DNA of 64,000 bases from Octopus vulgaris (GCA_951406725.2 OX597830.1:55118001-55182000); one strand, 5' to 3'; shown: positions 24,811 through 36,915, counted from the first letter of the stretch. Program-made: numbers and translations. The notes: a model not told the origin generated them from the letters alone.

Positions 24811-25026
24811 AAGACTGAACTGGTAGAACCATTTGCACACTTGGCAGAATACTTAGCAGCATTGTGTCCATCTTTACATTCTGAGTTCAAATCCCACCAA
24901 GGTCAACTTTACCCTTTATCGTTTTGGGGTCAATGAAATAAGTACCAGTTGAGGACTGGAGTCAGTGTAATTGACTTACCTCTCCTTCCCTGAACTTGCT
25001 GGCCTTGTGCCAAAATTTGAAACCTA
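24811..25026 (+). mobile_element. Octopus-type tRNA-derived SINE (main family in this window)
   Basis: ctgaactggtagaacc...ttctgagttcaaatccc...ggtcaacttt...aagtaccagttgag...ggccttgtgccaaaatttgaaacc, with 11-bp TSD tatttaaatat (24800-24810 and 25027-25037). Confidence 0.85.
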
Positions 25027-25475
25027 TATTTAAATATTTTCATTTTGAATTTAAAGATATTTCAATTAATGAGTAATGTCTTTGAAGACCAAGAACAGGA
25101 TGATTATTTAAGCAGTTTGGCATAAATATTTCAGATTCAACTGTTTGTTCTAAGTGTTGAGAATATTAAAATATAATTTATATGTTTCTGTTAAAAGTTA
25201 ATGAGAAATTGATAAAAATTACTTTAGTTTTATCTGAATAATGTGAAAATCACATGGAGTAATAGGCAGAATGGTATACATATAAGATTCCAATACCTTG
25301 TGAGTAAATTCCAATTGTATTTAAAATTGGTCATTCCAAATATAGAGTTTGCCAAAATAATGGATCTACAAATGCAATATCCCTACATGTCTCACATCTA
25401 TTTTCATTCCTCCACTTCACTCTCTATTTCGTATCTTATCTAAATTAACTATTGCTTAACCATTCTCTCACACCA

Positions 25476-25521
25476 TCTCCGATGAAGAGATATAATAAAT
25501 ATCCTGGAAACAGCTGTAAGA
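25476..25521 (+). ncRNA. Second minimal hammerhead-like motif in a probable Penelope-type repeat tail (about 25200-25600)
   Basis: Helix I tct/aga, core CCGATGA (variant of CTGATGA), helix II gatat/atatc, GAAA at 25507-25510, palindromic helix III ACAGCTGT and a GTA cleavage triplet. Confidence 0.6.
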
Positions 25522-25597
25522 CCTATTTATAAATGTTCTAAAATCTTCACAGCCTTGGTTTTTTTATCTCATTCTGCAAAAAAATTTTTATATATAG

Positions 25598-25636
<39 letters not shown>

Positions 25637-25754
25637 TGTTGATTTTTGTTCATTTTTTATAAATCTTGAATTATGCTTGCACTGAAGATTACACAGTGCA
25701 TTTGTGCACTAATTATGAAATCATATGATATGCAACTGAATTCTGTTTTTAAAG

Positions 25755-25781
25755 GGCTCGCTTCGAGAGTTGCATTCCCTC
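25755..25781 (+). CDS. Candidate 27-nt microexon (phase 0-0; GSLRELHSL)
   Basis: Acceptor ctgaattctgtttttaaag, CpG-retaining exon GGCTCGCTTCGAGAGTTGCATTCCCTC and donor CTC|gtattt. The phase is correct for this intron. Confidence 0.4.
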
Positions 25782-26564
25782 GTATTTGGTACTATGTTGT
25801 TTATTTATTTTGGTAGTTTTGACTTTAAGAGTCCCCCCCTAGCGTGTGGCATTTATGTATAGTAATGCCCTCAATATATATATATCATTTAATGTCCGTT
25901 TTCCTTGCTGGCAAGTCTGGTACCCTTCCTAACACCAATTACTTTGCATGGACTGAGTGCTTTTTACATGGCAGCAGCACCAGTGGGGTCACGAACTAAT
26001 TTACAAGACACCTCAACAGAGGGAGGTTGTAGTATTGAGGAAGGTAGCTTTGTGCCAGATGAGTATGAGCAACAGGAGAGAAATAGACGCCTTGCAATAA
26101 ATAAGATACATGGCTACTTAAGTAGAAGAGAGAAGATGAATGAGGTGAGACCAATGATTGGATAGGTTAAGAGGGAAGAGCAGAATAAGAACAGTAATAC
26201 AGTAGATAGGAAAAGAATAAGAAAAGAGGGTGGTGGGAAGAGTGTGGAACATTGTGATGGTAAATATTAAAACTAACTTCACAACTAGTTAAAAACTTAA
26301 TTGCTCTCTTTTAAGTGGAAAGAGCCACAGTAAATAAAAATGTTAATAAGTATTTTCATGATAATGACAAAAGAGATGTGAATAAAATTTAGTGTACTTC
26401 CTGAATCAGTGTCATTATTATTATAGTTGTAACAATTTACTTTTATGTAGAATTTGAAACAGCTGTAAGTGTTGTAAAAATGGTGCTTGATGTACTTTTG
26501 AGGTAATGATCCTTATTTCCATATGAATGATTTCTTCAGCAGGACAGACCTATTTATGAATCAC

Positions 26565-26768
26565 GCTGGCAGAATTGTTAACATGCTGGACAAAAATGCT
26601 TAGCATCATTTTGCCTGTCTTTGTTTTGAGCTCAAATTCCACCTTGGTCAACTTTACCTTTCATCTTTAGGGGTTGATAAAATAAGTTACAATCAAGTAC
26701 TGGGGGCAATGTAATCAATTTCCCTTTCCTTCTCAAAAACTGCTGGCCCTCTACTAAAATTTGAAACT
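26565..26768 (+). mobile_element. Main-family SINE copy
   Basis: gctggcagaattgtta...gagctcaaattccacc...tcaagtactgggg...aaaatttgaaac. Confidence 0.8.
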
Positions 26769-27224
26769 ACTAATATAAAATAATTTATAATCCTTTTTTT
26801 AATGGAAGCTAGATGAAAACAATCATTAGAATTATATTCAAATGACTGATAGTACTTTATTGTATCATTCATAACTTTAATGTATGATTTGTAAAGTCTC
26901 TGGTACCACATTAACAGAGTATGTCATTGTGAATTATAGTGATTATCGTTCTGTGACAGTGCTGGTGTTTTTTGTACTGTATCATCTAACTTCACTATTT
27001 TCAAAGTATCCTAAAATACTCTTATTATAAATCTGTAATAACAGTATCTTGTATACTGTTTTCACTTCACAGTAGTCAATGACAACATACTGCTCTAGAA
27101 CAGTTACCTTGGTTTAAAAGGCATGACTAAAGTTAGTGGTGGATCCTTAAACTTGTTGTTTATAAGTTGCCAATAAAGGAAAAGCAAAATTCTTTTGTTT
27201 TTTTTCTTCTCTTTTTACTTGCTA

Positions 27225-27462
27225 TGTGGTACTTTGAGCAGGTGTCTTCTATTGAAGCCTCAGGCCAACCAAATTCTTGTAAATGGATTTGGTAGACAGA
27301 AACTGATAGAAGCCTGTCTTGACATCACATGATGTTATCCATTCCTAGTCTTCTGTAGAAAACATATCTGGCCAAGGGGGATATTTTATCTTGCTTGGAA
27401 TCAAGTATGAGTTAGGGACAGCTGTAGAAAATCTGCTTTGACAAATTCTATCTGACCCATGC
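27225..27462 (+). mobile_element. Old RTE-tailed SINE fragment
   Basis: actttgagcaggtgtcttctatt...ttgtaaatggatttggtagacagaaactgatagaagcc...cagctgtagaaaatctgc...gacccatgca. Confidence 0.6.
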
Positions 27463-28750
27463 AATCTGTAACAATGTTATTACATCATGTGATATCATTT
27501 AATAGCCATGTTCACAAATATTTAAACATATACTTTATTATTAAAAATTTCTTATTTTCTTCTGTTGTTGTTCTGACTTTAAAAAGAAATGTCTCCACTT
27601 TTCCTGAGCTAACAATTCAAATATAAAGTTATTTTGGCTGTAAATATCTTTGCATTATTTTATGGTTACAATTCCTTGAATAGTTTGTTGCTTTCATTTA
27701 TATGTCTTAGTACTTGTTGCTTCACTTCTCAATGCAGGATGTGCTGTCAGCTGGCAATATCAGAACAAACAGAATGACTCCCATGATAACATTGACTCCT
27801 TATTCTGTGTTTATCCTCTTAAAGAATGTCTTCTTATCTTGAGTGCCAGTATGAACAACACTAAAGGCTGTAACATTGATAGCTGCAGTAGTAGCAATAG
27901 TTGTCGTAAGAGTTGTAGCAGTAGTGATAGCTGTAGTAGTCGTAATAGTGATATATGTAGTTGTAAAAGTTAGGGCAGTAGTGAAGCCATCTCACATGAA
28001 TCCATTTAAGGTCAAAAGATCAAAATGTGTTGACAAATAATTCAAAAAGTTATAAATAGTTCAAGTTTGTTTGCCCTGCTGCTGTAAATGTCTGTTTCTG
28101 GTACACTTGGAAAACTGATCCTTACTTCAAACTAGCAGTCACTATGTAGAAGCATGGAAAATGCATGCAACACCACAACTACCTTACCATAAATACAGAC
28201 TGTTAATGTTGATTGAATATATTTGTCATCTTCCTTGTCATTTGTATTTCATGCTAATAGATGTTGGTCAGGTTGTCAGTTCTTATTGAAGCTACTACCC
28301 TCCCACAGAGGTCAGAGGGTTATATTTTTGGCCTCATTTCATGGCTAGATGTCCATCTTATTTTACTGAAAGTGTAATTGCAGAGTATGTTAACAGGCAT
28401 ATTTTATAGAATATGCTAGGACTGTTTTCTTATGATATCAGTGAAGGTTGTCTTATACTGGACCCCATGTTGTCTCTGCACATTCAGCAGCCACTTAACT
28501 AAGTATGCTGTATACATTTTGTTATGGTGCAGCAGTAATGAAATTGCCTTTATCATGACACAGCTCTTGTGAGTCTACAAAGGCAACATTACTGGTGATC
28601 ACTGCTCTTTGTACTAGTTGCATTTCATCATCTTTACCACCATGTGTTAGCTCACTTTAGACAATGTTTTTGCGAAGATGAATGGAAGAGGTTGTGTTGA
28701 CAGAAGAACCAGGATATGTGATGCAAGTATGTGATGGTAGATATAATCAC

Positions 28751-28980
28751 AAGGCGAGCTGGCTGAAACGTTAGCAGGCCGGGTGAAATGCTTAGCGGTA
28801 TTTCATATGCCATTACGTTCTGAGTTCAAATTCTGCCGAGGTCGACTTTGCCTTTCATCCTTTCGGGATCAATAAAGTACGTACCAGTTACGCACTGGAG
28901 TCGATATAATCGACTTAATCTGTCTGGCTGTCCTTGTTTGTCTCCTCTGTGTTTATCCCCTTGTGGGTAGTAAAGAAATA
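28751..28980 (+). mobile_element. Young main-family SINE copy with perfect 15-bp TSD
   Basis: CpG-rich aaggcgagctggctgaaacgttagc...gagttcaaattctgccgaggtcgactttgcc...ccccttgtgggtagtaaagaaata. TSD ggtagatataatcac at 28736-28750 and 28981-28995. Confidence 0.92.
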
Positions 28981-29455
28981 GGTAGATATAATCACTAGTG
29001 TGAGAGGGTAGTAAAGTGAGAGAGAAATTGATGGATAACAACAGAGGTATACAATAGTAAGGGTGATGGAAGCTAATAACAAGTGAAAGGTTGGGATGAC
29101 TGACAGTACACATTGGTTGTATCTGATGCTGCCATACTGATAATAAAATAGAGAACAAAACAAGTAACATGTATAACATAAAGCTAATCACGATAGATAA
29201 ATCATGTTAGTAATTATGTCTTTGTTACTTCCTATTTCCATTTGCTACAAGAAGAGACTCAACTATATTTGCACATTTTAGTATAAACCAACAGTAATAG
29301 TTTATCAATCCCAAATATTTCTTAATCTCTTCTTTTGATTGAGGAACATGTGTCCATTGGTTCTTTTCAATATTGCAATAACTACATTTTCTTAATTCTT
29401 CAAATTCTGGTTTGCTGCAAAGATGTGTATGCCTTCTTTAGTTCCCTGTTGTATT

Positions 29456-29816
29456 CCATTACCATAAGGCTAATCAGGTTTGATATGGAAAGTTTTGAGT
29501 GGAATTCTTAGATAATCAAAATACTTTGCTTTTGCCTGAGTCCAATTGATTCCATGTGGAGAATATGGCAGTGGATGTTGGGAGTGCAGCAGTGGGATGT
29601 CAGGATTATTGCTATGAGATTTAGACATCATGTCTCCACACCATTACTATAACTTCTACAATCTATTTATTACTTTTTAAAATACCTAAATATCTGAATT
29701 CTATTTCATATGACATACAGCACTACAGCTCTTAAGCATAATTATTTCAAAGATTTTGGAGTTGTTTGGAAACTTGTTTTTATTAATGGAAATTGCTTTA
29801 GTTCTATTTCATATTT
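29456..29816 (+). repeat. Copy 1 of a roughly 360-bp local direct duplication
   Basis: Colinear and highly similar to 30773-31151. Confidence 0.92.
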
Positions 29817-30772
29817 CATAGTCTCGGTGCAGTGTTGTAAAATGGAGCTGCTAGTTTTGAGACTGATCTGAAGTCTATCAATTTATTTCTATTTATCCTC
29901 ACCTAAATTTGTCTGCCATGATGCAGACCATTGCTCTTTGCATATCGTTTAACGTTGTTTGAAGAAGTGTTGGATGAGAAAAATGTTTGAGTCTGAGCAC
30001 TTAATGTTTTTTGTAATCAGCACACATTCTCTATTTATCATCTTTCTTTTGTGAGGCATTGTCAATATTTTCAATGTGGACTAAGAGTTATACTTGTTAC
30101 TGCAACAATGTGAAGTCAAGTACCAACTTCCTATTTTATATATGCTGATACTGGGCATTTGAGCAACTTTAATCTTAACTATACTTCATGATACTGGAAT
30201 TTTAGCTTTATAACCTACTAAGATAACATGACTTTAAGAATATCCACACCTATTAATATATTGTTATAAGAACTGTTAACCACAACAAAGCTGATGTACT
30301 GTTTTTATCTCCAAAGTCCAACAATGTAATTGTTCTAAGTTTTTTTTAGCTTTGAACTATTATCATGGCTAGTTAAATGTTTATCAAAAGATTTGATGAT
30401 TAACTACAAAGCCAGAATGATAGTTTACTGTATTAGTGTATAGTTTCATTAGATTTCAGTATGCAGTGAAAACAGCTTAAATTATTGTTTGTTGCACAAT
30501 TACTGTTCTTCTACAAGATCAAACTGTTAAGAAGAGGTTTAGGAGAATTTTGTGGTATTGGCCTGCAAAATATGTTGAAATTGCCCACTTTACTGTAGCT
30601 AAGAAGCACTTCTCATATACAAGAAAAAACCTATGAGCGATTTTTAACTTGGCTTCCCAATGTTATTTTGTTGCTTACTAAACTTGGTGAGAGGCATTGT
30701 AGGTTGTGTAAAATAGTTGTTTTAGAATTTGCCTGTACATAATGATCAAATGTAATTCTTAATCTAATTTCA

Positions 30773-31151
30773 CCAGTACCATAAGGCTAATCAAGTTTGA
30801 TATGGAAAGTTTTAAGTGGAATTCTTAGACAATCAAAATACTTTGCTTTTGCCTGAGCCCAATCGATTCCATGTGGAGAATATGTCAGTGGATGTCAAGA
30901 TTGTAGCACGGGGAATGTCGAGGTTACAACAGTGAGATATGTCAAGATTCTTGCAATGAGATTTAGACATCATGTCTCCACACCATTACTACAACTTCTA
31001 CAATCTATTACTTTTTAAAATACCTAAATACATAAATTCTATTTCATATAACATATAGCACTACAGCTCTTAAGCATAATTGTTTCAAAGATTTTGGGGT
31101 TTGGAAACTTGTTTTTATTAATGGAAATTGCTTTAGTTCTATTACATATTT
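30773..31151 (+). repeat. Copy 2 of a roughly 360-bp local direct duplication
   Basis: Colinear with 29456-29816 and carries one extra internal unit of about 21 bp. Confidence 0.92.
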
Positions 31152-31360
31152 TGTTAGTTATGGTATTTTCTTTCTAATTGGATGCAAGGCTGATTTTAGA
31201 AGAAAATTAATCATTATTTGCACTCATGTGCCAAGGAAGTTGACTCTGAAGGCATTTGAAATCACAACCTAGTGAAAACCTTTAAAAATATTTTCTTTTA
31301 TATCATGACTTACTAATTTTTACAGATTGTAAATTTCTACTTAATTTATATTTATTACAG

Positions 31361-31498
31361 AATAAATCGGGTCCGAATGAAACAGAACCTTTGTCCAGTG
31401 AAATGGAAACTGTAATTATTCAAGGAACAGATTTTGCTAAAGAATTTGAAAAGCCCAATGATCGTGCCAGCCATATTAAAATTGGTCGGGCTAAACAG
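31361..31498 (+). CDS. Internal coding exon of unidentified host gene (phase 0-0; NKSGPNETEPLSSEMETVIIQGTDFAKEFEKPNDRASHIKIGRAKQ)
   Basis: Acceptor ttaatttatatttattacag and donor CAG|gtatgg. 138 nt (46 codons), only frame 0 open, protein-like composition and retained CpGs. Confidence 0.85.
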
Positions 31499-31665
31499 GT
31501 ATGGTTCCCTCATATTATTATACTTAAAATCCTGGAAATATTTTAGAAACAGCCATTCTGCGTCAGATGGCTATCGGTTGACCAACAAATATTAGGATTT
31601 AGTTTTATGCTTTTTATTTTATGAAAGAAAAAAAAAAACAGTCATTTATGGCTTGCCCTTTTCAG

Positions 31666-31717
31666 CTGCAGTTATACCTGTAATTACTTTGGATCGATCT
31701 CATGATTACCATTCAAT
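31666..31717 (+). CDS. Candidate 52-nt exon (LQLYL* in phase 0; xAVIPVITLDRSHDYHS in phase 1)
   Basis: Acceptor gcttgcccttttcag, a second CAG 6 nt downstream and strong donor AT|gtaagt. Confidence 0.55.
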
Positions 31718-33031
31718 GTAAGTTTGCTTTTTCATTTAAAACCAAAAATGAAAATTATATCAAGTGTATACTTCAAGTAAATGCATGAATATTTTTTTTT
31801 CCGTGGGACAATGTGTTGTCATTGGCATAAAAGGGTTTTTGCATGATATCTGCCCCACCTTCTCCTCTCAGTATCATAAGAGTGTGTTTTGTTCCATTTC
31901 TTCCTTTATAATATTTCAAACCATATATTTTACTGACCATTTCACGTAGGGACTTCAATATTTCTAAAGTGAAAATGATTGGGAGGAAGGTTTTATCAGT
32001 ATGACAAAATACCTTTTATGAGCTGCTAATTAAAATAATGATGCAGATTAATCTATCTCTTCCGACAGTGGAGATATTGCTAATATTTGAGTCGTTAATA
32101 TTTTGTGTGTTAATGGCTAATTCCTCCTTGTAACTTCATTGCAGTGTTTAAAAGAATTAGTTAATGTTACAACAAATTTTCTGTACCATTGTAACATTTA
32201 AAAGAAAATTTTGACTGAAGTAGTTAATTATCAAGAAGACTTTTGATTTTATACTAGAATAACTTATTGGTTTTCAAATAATTTATTATATTAAGTCTCA
32301 TCATGCTTTTAATCTGGAAATAATTTCCCCATTATATAGCTGGCTGTAAATTCACAGTGAACTGAATCTACAGTTACATTTTTTTTCCTCGTCTGGAGTC
32401 ATTTGCTCCATAGGAAAGACATTGTCACAACCTCTCATTTCTGTTTCTTAATTTAAGTTTCAGGTCACCTAAAGCCAAACTCTCTCTTCATGCCTTACAT
32501 GAACTGAGTTAAAGACAAAATGCTAACATCATTGACCTAGCTGGTCATGCTGTTGCAGGCAAGGACTGTCTTTTATAATAGAGATGTCCCTTAAACCATC
32601 ATTAATATTTCTATTTTTCATGACATTTCTCATAGTATAGTTCTCCTGTCTTTAGAATCGCATATTTTTGCTTCCAAAGCTTTCAGTTTATAAACAGTAA
32701 GAATTTTGATAATTTTCACTTTATTTAAGGTACCAACATTTAAATACTAAAAGACTGTTTGTTTTCTTTTTCTTTTTTCTACAAGGGTTGGGTAAAATGT
32801 TCTCCTTAGCATTAAAGAATTTACATGTAATATACACATGCACATATATGCTCACCTGCATGCACTGACACCTTCACATGTACAAATATTGTGCAGATAG
32901 TGGATATTGAATATTTAAATTTACTAAATGTATAATTAAGTTTACCACTACATTTTCCTTAACAAGTTATCTATTTACTTTTAAATTTCCAAGTTGTATG
33001 TATTATGAGGATAGTTTGTAGTTATTATTAT

Positions 33032-33433
33032 TGGTAGAGTTGTGAGGATATTGGGCAAAGTGCCTTCTGTTTGTACCAGCTTTTTATTTTCTTAGTTAAA
33101 ATCTTATCAGGGTCAAGCTTGCCTTTCATCCTTTCAGGGTTGATAAAGTACTAGCCAAATGCTAAGGTCGGTCCCTCTTTTCAAAATTTATGGCCTTGTG
33201 CCTAAATTAGAAGTTATCATTAGAATAGTGGATGGCAAAATTATAGAGCATGAGAAAAAATGCCTTACATTATTTCTTCAGGCTCTTTATGTTCAAAGTT
33301 AAAATCCCATCAAGATCAACTTTACATTTTATCCTTCTCAGGTTAATAGAAGAAAGTACCATTCAAGTATTGGGGTCAGTGTATTCAACCAAACCTCTAG
33401 TTTCAAAATTCTGGGGCTTATTCCTAAATTAGA
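33032..33433 (+). mobile_element. Two head-to-tail decayed main-family SINE copies
   Basis: Two successive units (about 33032-33212 and 33228-33433), each ending cctaaattagaag. Confidence 0.75.
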
Positions 33434-34725
33434 AGCAATTATCATTATTATTTTAGATATTATTAGCAATTATTATATTGAAATAACCAGTGAACTCGCC
33501 CATATTTCGTTATATTACAGAATTGATGTGCTTGATGCAATTAGCATGCATTTAAAACATCAGAACATTTCAATGATTGCCAAACTGTTAGATTTTGACA
33601 TTAAGCTGAAAGGTGCATGAATGCATGTTTTTATTTTTATTTCATATAACTATATTTTCATTTTTTTTTTTTTTAATTTTTATTTTAGCAAGTTGTCCAT
33701 TTTATGTTTTGCCATCGTAAGATTCACTTTTCTAGTTGTATGCCAAATAGAACTCTAATCTGCTTTATTTTTCTGTTAAATCCTTTATCTGCTGGGGGAA
33801 AAAATGATTCCTATAATAAATATATTTCAATATTAAATCATAAAAGGAGATAGGAATTTCTTTTTTCTAAGTATAATTTACTAATGTTAATAATAATGAT
33901 GATGATGATAATAATAATAAATAATAATAATAATATAATGATAGCATTTAAAAATAATAATAATTAACTTTTCTGAATTGTTTAGTTGTAATTCAGAATG
34001 AAATGTTGCTGTTAATGTAAGTTTGGTTTCATTATTGTCACATACACACTAAATTTTGTGTATTATTAACAATCCTTTCAAACCCATTAACAATTCTGTT
34101 GCTATTATTTTCTAACCTTGTATGAAGTAACAAGGCAATTTCAACTTCCATTTTCTCCCTTTTTTTTTCTTTTTTAGAAGGAGGGGGTAGTTTGATATGA
34201 AATTTGTTTGTGGACTTCAAAATTGAACTTTTTTTTTTTAGTCATCTTCTTACATAAATGTTGATTTTTACCTTAAGAATTGTCAATGACCTGATGCTCA
34301 ATTCAATTTTACTACCAGCTAGTACAGAGATGGTTTAAACTCTGTTCTGAAGAGTTAATTTTTTTAAATAATCTGGAAAGCTCTTCCAAGTAGAACATCT
34401 TTCAATCTTCTAAAAACATAACCTAGACAATTATCTTATGGGGTAATATATATATATATACTTATACAAAATTACACAAGCTGTTATATATATGTGTATG
34501 TACACACACACAGACATGCGCACACACACACACATATATATCACATAGCAGCTATCCATGAACTTTTTACTGTTTAGCTTATTACCATAATAAGATTATT
34601 TCCAATAAATTCAGCTGCTTTATTTATTGAAGGGGTATAATATCTTAATGAGAGAGAAAACAAATCATGTGCTATTGACATGTATTTCTTCGTTGGGAAA
34701 CCAAATTAATTACACAGTGAATTTG

Positions 34726-34756
<31 letters not shown>

Positions 34757-35050
34757 TATGAACTTTGTTAATGAGATTAATAGTGGATTTTAATGTATAT
34801 TTTTTTGTTTCTTGCATGTTCTTGATTTTAATTGCTGCTTTCTCAAAGCTTGAACACTAATGGAAAAAAAATTTACTTTGTTGAGTAACATCTTCATATA
34901 AACTTTCAACAATTAAGGAATACAGTCCTTAACAAGGAATTTTTTTGTCTTGGTTTTTATGAGGTAAAATAGTTATCTAAATGATACTAACATAAATATA
35001 TATATATATATGTGTGTGTGTGTGTATGTATTTATATATATATGTGTATG

Positions 35051-35085
<35 letters not shown>

Positions 35086-35090
35086 ATGTA

Positions 35091-35124
<34 letters not shown>

Positions 35125-35577
35125 ATGCAGGGATGCATCACATTATAAAGCAGGAATCCACTCGAGTGTTCCTTAAGCTAGATTTTCTGTAATATAACTT
35201 AATGCAATATATAAAGTGAATTAATATAACAATTAAAAGCATATATATATATTAAATAAAACATATTATTCTTCTGCACTTATATGCCTTGAATTGCTTT
35301 TTTTGATTCAGTTAATTTACATATTACATATATATAATTAATACTCTAGTTATTTCACTTTTAAATTGATGGGGTGGAGGGAGCAAAAACAAACTATGTG
35401 GCAGTTATCTTTATACAGTTTAAGCTTCAAAAAATCAAATTTATAAAAGATTATACTTATGTATAAAGCTACATTTATTTTAGTCAACACATTACATATT
35501 CAGTTATATTGAATATTTATTCCACTATTCATTCACAATAGTAACTTTGAGGGAGCACATGTGTGTTTATATGTATA

Positions 35578-36915
35578 TAAGGTGCAATAGGTAAATTGTC
35601 ACCATTTTATATTTTTAATTTCGCACATACACATTTTGTTGACTACACAGTGTAGTAGGGTCAGTTGGGCACTATTCGTGAGAAGAACAGTACCATGACG
35701 CATTTCAGTCAGCCAGAAATTTGAAAATGACATGCTCTACTGCTTGGCATTCGTGTTAGAAGCTCCAATGCGAACATTTCAGTGTGTTTGAGTGTCAATC
35801 CGAGGACATATACCAAGAGTGCTAAAAGTCAAATATCCAGTCGACATCTTGGTGTTTGGAGTGATCACTAGTGAATGCAACGTTATGCTTCCATTCATCT
35901 TCCCACACAGCCTCAGACTCAACATGGAGGCCCACATCAAGTGCCTGGAGGAGATAGTGCTGCTCTGGGTCAAGAGGGTGGCTTCCGGAAGACCCTATGT
36001 CTGGCAAATGGACTCTGCACCATGCCACACAAGCAGGAAAACTCAGTCATTGCTGTCAGACAATTTCTGTGACCACAGCACCCCTAACATTTGGCCATCT
36101 TACTCCCCAGACTGCAATCCCCTTGATTATTATGTGTGGGATGCAGTTCAGTGAGAGACCAACAAAACTCCTTGTACCACCAAAGATGAACTGATGGCAA
36201 GAATTATGACAGCATTCACCAACTTAAACAAGGAGACCATCCAGAAGAGTTGCAGGAGATTCTGAAGTCATCTGGAGGTTGTTCTTTGTTTACCAGCTAA
36301 TCCTGGCAGAAATTTTTCTTGTCTGAGAAAACCCAAGCATGTCTGGTTGGAAGGGATGCTTGAGTTTGTTCAAAAGCTTTGCAGTGCAGTGTTTCCTCTT
36401 GTCCTTAGTGGTTTGGGATAAAAATTGGCTCTTTCTCATCTTGTATGAGGAATACCAAATGTCTTCATGCACTACCTGCCTGATAAAAAACTCAAACGCT
36501 CCCATGTCTCTGGCAATGGACCTGATTGACTTGGAGGAATTGTTGTCAATCATGGCCTGGACCTCACCAACAAATTCAGGAGTTCTTTTCTAATCAGAAT
36601 GATCAGAGTTAGTTTTCCAAGCCTGCCATACCTTCATACTCACTGTTAGACTCATCCAACTCTTTCTGAATCCTCTGTACTGGCCTCAGATTGACACCCA
36701 GACACTCTGAAATGTTCGTATTGGAGCTTCCAGTGTGAATGCCAAGCAGTACAGCATGTTGTTTCCAAATTTCTGGCTGAATGAATTGCGTCATGGTGCT
36801 GTTTTCCTCACAGATGGTGCCCAGCTGACCCTACTATACTGTGTTGTCAACAAAATCAAGAACAAACAATGTGTATGCATGAAATTAAAATAAAATCACA
36901 ATTTACCTATCACAC
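35578..36915. mobile_element. Rearranged maT (DD37D) transposon with two left ends
   Basis: Inverted arms of about 230 bp (35578-35808 and 36678-36915), each with a TIR and a transposase start. The C-terminal half is on + (QMDSAPCH...WPSYSPDCNPLDYYVW, 37 residues between the two Asp). The N-terminal half is on - (MTQFIQPEIWK... to FSDKKNF). Confidence 0.9.

Noticed and set aside
28826-29191. 121-aa minus-strand ORF ending YFIDPERMKGKVDLGRI
   Set aside because: Its C-terminal part is the antisense translation of the young SINE.
29456-31151. Duplicated mutually exclusive exons in the 360-bp duplication
   Set aside because: No conserved acceptor/donor pair or shared open frame in the two copies.
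31361-31498. Naming the host gene (loose resemblance of EFEKPNDRASHI to the PMCA tail, and of IKIGR to an FHA strand)
   Set aside because: The matches are only a few residues with no supporting flanking motifs, so no gene symbol is assigned.
33689-33716. Possible 28-nt exon after tandem TGCATG (ttag...C|gtaaga)
   Set aside because: The putative exon is T-rich and intron-like and shifts frame; the evidence is too weak to list as a feature.
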